This document shows, in pieces, positions 1 to 9,952 of a stretch of 64,000 nucleotides of DNA. The position numbers and the translations under genes were made by a program. Under the pieces are notes generated by a model. That model worked only from the letters and a program-made list of their open reading frames with translations, searched no databases and was not told the DNA's origin. This DNA comes from Squalus acanthias (taxonomy: Eukaryota), in NCBI GenBank assembly GCA_030390025.1, contig CM059432.1:70496001-70560000 (forward strand). Reading direction: 5' to 3'. Position 1 is the stretch's first letter, and each line of letters opens with the position of its first letter.

Positions 1-244
1 AGGCAATATCTTCCCTTTCTAAATGCGTTCGATACTAAGACATTGTTACGTAGCTACTCCTCCAGCCTGCTCTTAAAATAGATCCCATTCTGGCACCTGT
101 TATGGTTAGGCTATAATTACCTAGATCAAATTTGTTCTCTTTTTCCCCCTGTTTCCGGTCCTGCAGAGCCACATCAGTGTTCAGCAGTTCTTCCATGACC
201 ATAGCCAGTGCCCCATTAAATCTATTTGATTTCCGGCTCTTCCC

Positions 245-281
245 AGTTCTGATGAAAGGTCATCGACCTGAAACGTTAACT
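245..281 (+). ncRNA. Minimal type I hammerhead ribozyme, copy 1
   Basis: Stem I agtt(245-248)/aact(278-281); core CTGATGA 249-255; extra A 256; stem II aggtc-atc-gacct 257-269; GAAA 270-273; palindromic ACGT in place of stem III; predicted cleavage after GUU (277). Confidence 0.8.
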
Positions 282-582
282 CTCTTTCTCTCTCCACGGA
301 TGCTGCCTGGCCTGCTGAGTTTTTCCAGCGTTTTCTGTTGTTATTTCGGATTTCCAGCATCCGCAGTATTTTGCTATCGTATTAATGTTTGGTTCACTGC
401 CACCTCTCTTCTTGGAATGCCTACCTTGAAGAAGTTCTGCTCTTCTCTTCGACGGGATTTCCGTTTGGCTCTTCTCTTAATATCTCTTAATGTCTCTTCA
501 TCTCCACCTTTGTTCCTTCATCCCCTCCCCCTTTTTCCAGCTTTACGCTGGCCTTAAATCTATTTGATTTCCGGCTCTTCCC

Positions 583-619
583 AGTTCTGATGAAAGGTCA
601 TCGACCTGAAACGTTAACT
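583..619 (+). ncRNA. Minimal type I hammerhead ribozyme, copy 2
   Basis: Identical to 245-281, 338 bp downstream. Confidence 0.8.
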
Positions 620-920
620 CTCTTTCTCTCTCCACGGATGCTGCCTGGCCTGCTGAGTTTTTCCAGCGTTTTCTGTTGTTATTTCGGATTTCCAGCATCT
701 GCAGTATTTTGCTATCGTATTAGTGTTTGGTTCACTGCCACCTCTCTTCTTGGAATGCCTACCTTGAAGAAGTTCTGCTCTTCTCTTCGACGGGATTTCC
801 GTTTGGCTCTTCTCTTAATGTCTTTTAATGTCTCTTCATCTCCACCTTTGTTCCTTCATCCCCTCCCCCTTTTCCCAGCTTTACCCTGGCCTTAAATCTA
901 TTTGATTTCCGGCTCTTCCC

Positions 921-957
921 AGTTCTGATGAAAGGTCATCGACCTGAAACGTTAACT
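921..957 (+). ncRNA. Minimal type I hammerhead ribozyme, copy 3
   Basis: Identical to 245-281, 676 bp downstream. Confidence 0.8.
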
Positions 958-2278
958 CTCTTTCTCTCTCCACGGATGCTGCCTGGCCTGCTGAGTTTTT
1001 CCAGCGTTTTCTGTTGTTATTCCCCATTACTTTCTGCTTGGTTTCCTTTAGCACCCTAGATGCATACCATCTCAACCAGGTATCTGCCATTACTATGGAG
1101 AGCTTTTCGCAAAACAGTTAAGACTCTTTGACAGTTGGTCATGAAGCAAAACTCCACCGTGCATAGTGCAAGGATATAATTAAGTGAATTTCATAGAACT
1201 AACACTATTTCTGAGAGGAAGATTTCAAGTGTTAATATTGATCTGATGTGCATAGAATATAATCTGAACAAAGCCTTTGTTTTTTCATTAGACAATAAGA
1301 ATTTTAAACAGTGTCCATCCCAGTGAATGGCCAAATGTTTTAATTACACACAAGCCTTTATACATAGCCCAGACCTTTTCTTTGGTGTGACTGCAAGTTT
1401 TAGCTCTTCCTGGGATGGAAGAGATGCAAATCCAGACACAGCCATGGAAGAAGGGAACAATTATCAATAACACAACTGCTAAATTGTCCTTTTTAATGGT
1501 AACACATCCTCTTCCAACTGCAGTATAGGAAACACCTGTATGAGCATTATTAGATTTACAATTTATTGGGAGGGTATCTACCAGCATTTTGATTTTGTTT
1601 TTGATTATGTCTGTGAAACACCTTGGGAGGTTTTTCTATGTTAAAGTGCTATATAAATGCAAGTAGTTTTTAAACACTTTTATATCCAATGTACATGCTG
1701 TGCATTTCCAAAGCTGCTGTTAAGGTTCAAAACGATATTATATTACTATTTACCATTTTGAAGAGTGTTCCTCCTAAACAGCTCCTAAATCAGTTTATAT
1801 TAAGCAACAGGCGATACTCAGTTTGGTTAGTCTGATCTCAAAGTTGATTGTTTTCATGTAACAGGAGCTACTACAGAAGATATATGTTCTTTCAAGGATA
1901 GACAATTCCTACCAGCCTACACAGCAAGTTTTAACTGTCTTTAAAGATTGTGAGGGGCTCAGGTGGATAGCCCCCAAAACGGGCGAGGGGATCGCGATGT
2001 GTGATTAACTAGCACTCGTTGATTGCAATGAAGGTATCACGCCAACTTTGTGCTGCCTACTCATTATAATGATTGCAGTGTGCAGCCAGCATTACCCACG
2101 CTGTTCATTGGCTGCACATATTGGCAGGGGGCCCAAAATTGTAACTTCATAGCACTAGTTAAAGCTAGCCTTCGCTGCTTAAAGCTAGCCTACACCTCTT
2201 AAAGGAGAGTTACATTGTGGCTGGAGCAGGTGCTGGCTGTCGGTCAGGAAGTGAATCTGACCTGGGAAACAGTGAAGA

Positions 2279-2949
2279 ATGGCACAACATGGGAGTGTGC
2301 GGGCTCCAAGGTTTTTGGACACTGCACTGGAGGCCTTAGTGGAGGAGGTGGTAAGGAGGAGAGATGTCCTGTATCCACAGGAGGCGCTCCAGACACACAC
2401 AAAAGGCAGTGGGAGCAGATAACCGTGGAGATCAATGCCAGGAATCAAGCCCCGAGGACCTGGACGCAGTTCTGCAAGAAGTTCAATTACCTCACACAAG
2501 TGGTCAAGGTCAGTGAATTCATCTTCAAATGCCATATCCCACAAACTGCACCACTAGCCTCAACCACTGCTCAATTCACCACACCCCATCACTCACCTAC
2601 CAACAATCTCTATCAATCAGGACTTACCTAACATTCACAGCTTCACCTCACCCTCATACACTTAGCACTGCTGCAAGCCTCACACCCACATCTCACAGCT
2701 TGCACACACTGTCAACTATTCAACCATGACAGCCACATCACCCAAACAGATTGCACGACACTCACTGACGCACTTCCCTCTCTCTCGCAGGACAAGGTGG
2801 CACACATCCGGAGGCAGCAGAAGCTAACCGGCGGGGGATAGGCGCACCTGCATTTCATAACCCCATGGAGGAGATGGTGCTGGCCATTATTGGAATGGCC
2901 ATTGCTGAGGCCGTTGCCAGTGGCGGGGCTGAAACCATCAAAGATGACG
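2279..2949 (+). pseudogene. Harbinger Myb/SANT DNA-binding gene, exons 2279-2508 and 2791-2949, frameshifted
   Basis: MAQHGSVRAPRFLDTALEALVEEVVRRRDVLYP...WEQITVEINARNQAPRTWTQFCKKFNYL. Donor AAG|gtcagt, acceptor ctctcgcag|. Exon 2 DKVAHIRRQQKLTGGG...MEEMVLAIIG is homologous to exon 2 at 8046-8205. Confidence 0.8.
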
Positions 2950-3063
2950 GTAACCTTATACCTAATTCTCCTTCTCACATCTTACTTCAGCAAACTGTGA
3001 GATGTTGCATATATCTCCAGCTCCAGCCTGGAAGGAGCCCGACACATAAAAGTTCATCATCAA

Positions 3064-3345
3064 GGTCACCTTCACAGCCACTGGCAATATGGTCCTTGCC
3101 CTGCTCTGAGGTTGCAGTTGTGGCTGCAGCAGGTGGCAGATTTCAGCGCAGACATCTCACACGTTGTTCCTTGCTGAGTTTCAGGTAGGAGAATTTCTCC
3201 CTGAACACGCTGGGCGGATATGGCCTCCTGGGCTTCTGCCCCTCCTCCTCCTCCCTCTTCTAGTAACTTGTCCTGCTCTTTGTGGTCTCAGCTCATTCTC
3301 CCAGCATGGTGTATTCCAAGGGAAATACCTACTAATGCACCCATG
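3064..3345 (-). pseudogene. Harbinger (HARBI1-like) transposase N-terminal remnant
   Basis: Manual translation across frameshifts gives RRPYPPSVFREKFSYLKLSKEQRVRCL...EICHLLQPQLQPQSRARTILPVAVKVT. No DDE core is present. Confidence 0.7.
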
Positions 3346-4554
3346 TCTAGCAGCAACTGGTTTATGCAGAAGCCTTGAAATCAGCAAAAAGTCCTTCAGC
3401 ACTTGCCGCACCACTCTCTGTAGACTTTTGCAACTTGATAGAACTATGGAAAGTACCAAACACCTGTAGAATTGTACCAACAGCCAGAAGAAATCAACCA
3501 GCAACTAACCTGTAAGTAGTTGATGATCCCTTTAAATAGCGCTGGTCGGGGGTCCTTCCTGCTGCTGAACGCGTGTTTAGCTGTGTGAGCTTAAGAGAAG
3601 GTGTTAGCTGAAGAGTTGAGCTCCAAAATGGCAGCGCTGGCGTCAAATCAGTGTGCACATCATGATCTGCCGGCTCTGCATACTTCTGGCGGATTTTAGC
3701 TGCGCGCGCCCAATGCCCTCACCAAGATGGCGTCCGGCGCGATTCACGGCAAAAGTGTGCTCCCATGCTTCAGATGCCATTTTGGTACACAAAGGGCATC
3801 TGTAGTGTCCAAACAACGGATGCTACCGATCCCAGTTTTGCACCCTACATGTCTGGCTCATTTTGGTGTATTTCCTAATTGACCCCAAAACAAGACTATT
3901 GGATGTAGCAAATGTTTACATAACTGGGTCTTAATTGGAGAACATGGAGATGTTATTTATAGCCTTCCCAAGACAACATCATTGTAATTGTCAACTTCCA
4001 GACAAGATTCAGCAAAATCACCTCCAGAAGAACAGTTCACCAGAGTTCAAGAGACTCCACTCTGTTTAGGAGAAAACCTTGGGCGTGGGGGATTTTAGTT
4101 TGTTACGCCCCATAAATAGATGTAATTGGGGTGCAACAATCAGGAAGTGTGTATGGAGATCAGTTGCACTTAATTATCACTCATAATGTGCCTGGCATGC
4201 ATTTCTGGTGGGCATTTCAACCTGCGTAGGAAGTTCCTGCCAGGAAGAGGTGGTAACTTTATTTCTGTGAGGAGGGATGACATCATAGACGTTCAGTTAT
4301 CTAGACTTGTCAGAGTATCAGTGTTGACATAGGTTAAGAATGAGGCTGTAACAGCATTGTGCTACAGAAGTGCTACAGCCAATGTGCTGCCCACAAATAT
4401 ATGAAAAAACTGACATGCGTCAGTCAAAATAGACAGCTATTCCATCCTTCCTACTGATTAGCAACAAAGTACAGGACATCCTATTGATAACCAGCATCTT
4501 CCAACAGCATTCACATTATATGATATTAATTGTGCATGCATGAGTTGAAGTGAG

Positions 4555-4725
4555 ATGGGGTAAGACATGCTTGAAAGGGTGGTGGAAGCAGGTTCAATAG
4601 TAACTTTCAAAAATAAATTGGATACATATTTGAAAAGCAAAAATTTGCAGGGTAGCTCTTTCAAAGCACTGATACAGATACGATGAGCCAAATGGCCTCC
4701 TTCTGTGCTGTATGATTCTATGACA
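4555..4725 (+). mobile_element. CR1 LINE 3' end fragment
   Basis: gaaagggtggtggaagcagg...gagccaaatggcctccttctgtgctgtatgattctatga: CR1 3' stem-loop plus (ATTCTATG)n tail. Confidence 0.7.
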
Positions 4726-6366
4726 TAAGAACTGCCCACAGCTTAGGCGAAGCTTGCAGCTTTACTGAACTTTACCTCAATGATACTCTTGCTTTCAACA
4801 TCTCTTACCTCTACTTATCCTTAAAGGTAAGCTTGTTCAGAGTGGCTCACATCCCAGGGAGACTCTAGTTCAGATCTATTCCCTTCAATCAAGTGGCGAT
4901 TTGTCATTCAAGCACAGAAGTAGTATTGACATGTTGAAAGTTGAAGGAGCACAGTGACAGACATTCTGAATATGCTGCCCATCCTGGATGTCGTTAAGTG
5001 ACAACATAAGAACATAAGAAATAAGAGCAGGAGGAGGCCATATGGCCCCTTGAGCCTGCTCTGCCATTCAATAAGATTATGGCTGCTCATCGACCTCAAC
5101 TCCACTTTCCCGCACGATCTCCATATCCCTTGATTCCCCTAGAGTCCAAAAATCTATCTATCTCAGCCTTGAATATACTCAAACACTCAACATTCACAGC
5201 CCTCTGGGGCAGAGAATTCCAAAGATTCACAACCCTCTAAGTGAAGAAATTCCTCATCTCGGTCTTAAATGGCCTACCCCTTATCCTGAGACTATGCCCC
5301 CTAGTTCTAGACACTCCAGCCAGGGGAAACAACCTCTCAGCATCTACCCTGTCAATCCCCTTCAGAATCTTGTATGTTTCAATGAGATCACCTCTCGTTC
5401 TTCTAAACTCCAGAGAGTATAGGCCCATTCTACACAATCTCTCATCCTAGGACAGCGCTCTCATCCCAGGAATCAATCTAGTGAATCTTTGTTGCACTGC
5501 CTCCAAGGCAAGTATATCCTTCCTTAGATAAGGAAACCAAAACTGTGCACAGTACTCCAGGTGTGGTCTCACCAAGGCCCTGTACAATTGTAGCAAGACT
5601 TCCTTACTCTTCTACTCCAACCCCTTTGCAATAAAGGCCAACATTTGCCTTCCTTATTGCTTGCTGTACCTGCATGCTAGCTTTCTGTGTTTCTTGCACG
5701 AGGACACCCAAATCTCTCTGAACACCAACATTTGAAAGTTTCTCACCATTTAAAAAATATTCTGTTTTTCTATTCCTACCAAAGTGAATAACCTCACATT
5801 TCCCTACATTATACTCCATCTGCCACCTTACTGCCCACTCACTTCGTCTATCTATATCCCTTTGCAGACTCTTTGGGCAGAATTTTCATTGACTCGATTT
5901 TGGAGGCGTGTGGGGGGTTAAAATTGCGAAAACTGGTGGGCGGGCACAAGCCCGCCTCCATCCCACCTCCACGCAATTTTCATTAAATCGTGTCTGCTGG
6001 TCCCGACTCCGTCCGCCCTTAACAAGCATTAAATTGCCTCTATAATGCCATTTTGAAAGGCCTTTGTAATTTTAACCCTTTTTCCATGTGAAGCACGCCA
6101 GTTCTGAACCACGAATGTGAAACCTGACGGTAGCACATTTGGATTGCTGACTCTCAGCTGCAGCTTAACCATGAAATAGGAGATGTGATCAGCCATCATT
6201 TGCAGTTGGCAGGACTTTGTTGTCTGTGGTCTGGGGGAACTTTTATATGGCATAACCACAGCTGTGGAAGTTTGGAGCCTGACACCCATCTCCAGTGTGA
6301 CCTCCTGGGAAACCCCTCTCGCCACCTTGACTAAGCGCTTCCTCAACTGAGACATATACCAGGAGC

Positions 6367-6600
6367 ATGGGAACCATTTATTTCCTTTCCTCCTGGACAT
6401 CAGATTCGGACGAGGACCAGCCGTGGCAGCAGCAGAACCATGAACAACAGCACCACCAGCAGCAGCAGCATCAACAGGAGCGCCAAGCTGCTGCTCACCC
6501 ACCTGAAGCTGCACAGGCCAGAAGGTGCCAGCGCGCGACCACATTGCTGCCGGAGATGCAAGGGATGCACTTGACCAGATTTGCTTTGCCTCGCACCTTC
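6367..6600 (+). pseudogene. Harbinger transposase with catalytic core deleted (Gln-rich N-terminus joined to C-terminus)
   Basis: MGTIYFLSSWTSDSDEDQPWQQQ... followed closely by AAGDARDAL, which resembles Harbinger transposase C-termini. Same N+C fusion at 62145-62453. Inference from position and similarity. Confidence 0.55.
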
Positions 6601-6824
6601 TTATCAGACCATCGACAATGGCCAGGAACCTGCGGATTCCTATCACGCTGACCACCATACTGACAATTGCAAGTCATCCTAAGCCCTCAATGTGGAAGTC
6701 CCATTTGCGAAATGACAGACGCCACAACTTCAGCAGTTTGCCAGCAGAATTTGTAATCACACCAAGCAAGTGCTGGCATTTCAAGATTAAACACAACATT
6801 ACACCCAAGTGACTACCCTTGTGA

Positions 6825-8788
6825 CTATTTGTGCATTATTTTTCTTTTACGCGTGCTCCTACGTGGTGCTTCCCGTGGCTTCAGCAGATGTGGAGGCCCC
6901 TTGCTCACTTTCTTACTGCTCCTGCCTCGACACCTTTGGCGGGCATCCTCTGGGGTTGCGAGCCTGAGCGGGCTCGGCAACAGTCTGCTGCTCCTGCGGC
7001 TGTGCAGGGGTTGAGACGCCCATCTCAGTTGGGTGAGGACTCTGGTGAGGCTCTGACCGAGGGCTTTGCAGTGGCTTGGTCGTGTGAGCGCTTGCAGAGG
7101 AGCCCCCACTTGCTTGTTGTCTGCCACCAACATCCCTCTCATGGGTCAGCCCCACCTCAGCGCTTGCAAGTGGATTGAGAGCACCTTGCTGCACATCAGG
7201 GGGGGCCATGGGGACCCGTATCTGCACTGGCAGTCCTACTCAGAAGGACCTCCATGAAGGTCTGGTTTCTGTGTTCAATAGATGACCATCGCTCCTCAAG
7301 AAATGCCAGTCTATTCCGAACAATGATCATGTTTTCTACACTCTGGCGACTTATCTCCTCCATAGCCGTAGCCATCCTCTCCTCTACTGTAGCCATCCAT
7401 TCCACGGAGGTTGCCATCCTTTCCGTGGTGATGTGTTCATGCGCCAATGACTCCACAAAGGCTCTGCTCATGTTCGCTATGGACTCCTCCATTCGCTCCA
7501 CACTCGCAGCGACCCTGGAGACAAAACCTGCCAGAGACTCCTGCATCTGTTCCTGGAGTTCCAGCACCGCTGATCTTATGGATGGACACAGAGGCAGAGG
7601 GTCAACATGCAGCTGAGCTGAGCTAGGAGAGTCCTGCGCCCTCCGACTAGGACTCTCCACTGCTGTCCCTGTCTCCACTATCTGCTGATGCTCACTTGTG
7701 AGCTGTGATACACCAGGTGACAACACTACTCTATCTCGCAATGTTCCCTCTGAGGTGTGAGTGTCTGTGCTGGTGCTGGGTGCGCTGAATTCTGCTGATG
7801 CTGCGCCCTCAGAGGTTGCAGCTTCCTCTGAGGAGTGGTGAGGCTCATGCTCTTCCTCTTGGATGGTGGGGACGGCTGCTCGCGATGGTCCTGGGGGGGA
7901 GTAAAGGAAAGTTCAGAGATGTGAGTCCAAGGTTACATGCACATTGCATATTGCAGATGAGCATAAGTCAGTCTGCTGGAGCATCAGAATCATTATCCGT
8001 GACTCATGCAATGTCAATGAGAGAGATGATAAACTATTCTGTCACCAGCTTGCTCTGATGCACCCGTCTGTCCATCCCCCACTTGCGCATCCTCCTCCAC
8101 TCCCATGATCTCCAGGACTGCCTCCTCCCAGGTGGTGAGCTGGGCTACTGAGGGTGGCCCTCCTCCTGTCCTCGCTCTTTCCCTCTTATTGTGAGCTCTC
8201 TTTTCCTGCAATGAGGGAGACAAGTGGAGTTTGAGTGAGAATGAAGGAGTGAGTGTAGAGAATCTATATCATTGATGGTTAGAAGGAGACAAATTCAGAG
8301 TGAGGTGGCAAGACCATGGGCCCTTCCTGTGTGTTGTAAGTTGTTTTCATAGCATCACAGCGATAGGGAGTGTGAGGGCTGCATAGTCGAATAGTTAGGT
8401 GAATGTGACCATACAGAGAGAGGGAATGGGTAAGGGTGCAGGGATGTCAGTGTCAAGTGGGATGTGGAGGAAGAGGTTGTCAAAGCTGAGTGCTGGTGAG
8501 GAGAGGCAATGGGGATCAGAATGAGGGTGATGGGAAATTCATACTTACTTTTCCAGTGCGCAGCAGGTCATGAAACCTCTTCCTGCACTGAAGCCAGGTT
8601 CTGCGGGTTATGGACAACGAGTTGACCTCCTCTGCCACCTGGATCTACACAGCCTTGGTTTGATGGGAAGGCTTCTTCCTCCCTGAAGAAGGGAAGAGCA
8701 CCTTCTTATTAGCTCTGGCTCCCTCAATTAAAGCTTGCAGGGTGACGTCATCAAATCGAGGTGCAGACCTAGGTCTCTGGCCGGCCAT
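6825..8788 (-). pseudogene. Harbinger Myb/SANT (NAIF1-like) gene, 3 exons: 8788-8549, 8205-8046, 7890-6825
   Basis: MAGQRPRSAPRFDDVTLQALIEGARANKKVLFP...TWLQCRKRFHDL. Canonical gtaagt, ttgcag, gtgac and cccag splice sites with compatible phases. Coiled-coil (ORF 7196-7741) and basic RRSTRKRK end. Stop near 8645 and frameshifts. Confidence 0.85.
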
Positions 8789-9540
8789 TCTTCCTGCAGG
8801 TGCCTCTAACATGCAAAGGCAGAAGCTTGGCAGCCTGCAGAGGAAGCAAGGCTTGTTGCAGACCTTAAATGCTGCAGCAATGATGACGTCATCGGAAGAG
8901 ACTTTCAGACTGGAAAAATTCACTGGCCATGGGTTCCCACACGTTGGAACTCAATTGGCCAATTATGTTAAAATCGCATCAATCTCCCACATCGATTTAG
9001 ATTCGGGTGGCTAACACAAAATGCGGATTACACGATCCCAACCCACCCCTGAATCAAAATCCAGCCCTTTGTGTTCTCCTCACAGCTAACTGTCCCACCT
9101 AGCTTGGTATCATCAGCAAACTTGGATACATTACACTCAGTCCATTCATCTAGATCATTAATATAGATTGTAAATAGCTGAGGCCCCAACACTGATCCTT
9201 GCTGCACCCCACTAGTTACAGCCTGCCAACCTGAAAAAGATCTCTGTTTTCTGTCCGTTAACCAATCCTCTATCCATGCTAATATATTACCCCCAACCCC
9301 ATGAGCTCTAATCTTGTGTAATAACCTTTTATGTGGCACCCTATCAAATGCCTTTTGGAAATCAAAATATACTACATCCACTGGCTCCCGTTTATCTATC
9401 CTGCTAGTTACATCCTCAAAAGACTCTAATAAATTTGTCAAACACGATTTCCCTTTCATAAAACCATGTTGGCTCTGCCTAATCATGTTATGATTTTCTA
9501 AGTGCCCTGATACCACTTCCTTAACAATGGATTCCTGGGG

Positions 9541-9628
9541 AATGGTAGCATAGTGGTAATGTCACTTGGCTAGTAATCCAATAGACCTGGACTAATGATC
9601 CAGAGACATGAGTTCAAATTCCACCACG
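9541..9628 (+). promoter_or_regulatory. tRNA-derived Pol III internal promoter (A and B boxes)
   Basis: A box tagcatagtgg 9546-9556; B-box-like gagttcaaattcc 9610-9622, followed by accac. Confidence 0.7.
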
Positions 9629-9952
9629 GCAGCTGGGGAATTTGAATTCAGTTAATTAAATAAATTTGGAATAAAAGATAAAGCTAGTATCAGATAATGG
9701 TAAGCATGAAACTATCGGATTGTTGTAAAAACCCAGCTGGTTCACTAATTTTCTTCAGGGAATCGGCCGTGACTCCAGACCCACAGCAATGTGGTTGACT
9801 CTTAACTGCCCTCTGAAATGGCCTAGCAAGCCACTCAGTTGTAACAAACCGATACAAAACAAAATAATAAAAATGAAACCAGATGGACCACCTGGCATCG
9901 ACCTCGGCACCAGCTACGGACACGGCAATGGCACACCCAGCCCAGTCAACCC

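Larger units (their letters stand above)
219..1021 (+). mobile_element. Non-autonomous Penelope-like / retrozyme-type element: about 2.4 tandem copies of a 338-bp unit, each with a hammerhead core
   Basis: Units start at 216, 554 and 892 (exact 338-bp period, only a few substitutions). ccccatta is duplicated at 211-218 and 1022-1029 (TSD). Each unit has the CTGATGA-stem-GAAACGTT motif typical of Penelope pLTRs. Confidence 0.85.
1955..3845. mobile_element. Decayed, internally deleted Harbinger/PIF DNA transposon (ends approximate)
   Basis: Convergent Myb/SANT gene (+) and HARBI1-like transposase N-terminus (-). Degenerate GGG...CCC ends. Confidence 0.7.
5875..9067. mobile_element. Non-autonomous Harbinger/PIF transposon inserted in CR1
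   Basis: TIRs gggcagaatttt / aaaatccagccc; 3-bp TSD ttt (5872-5874, 9068-9070). CR1 sequence resumes exactly. Carries convergent transposase remnant and Myb gene. Confidence 0.9.

Noticed and set aside
132..1090. ORFs 132-557, 590-895 and 881-1090 as genes
   Set aside because: They are translations of the tandem pLTR unit, low in complexity and without a domain.
6367..6651. Host polyglutamine gene
   Set aside because: Lies inside Harbinger TIRs at the transposase position.
9541..9628. Functional tRNA gene (also 47250-47327)
   Set aside because: A and B boxes are present but there is no clean cloverleaf, and each continues into retroelement body sequence.
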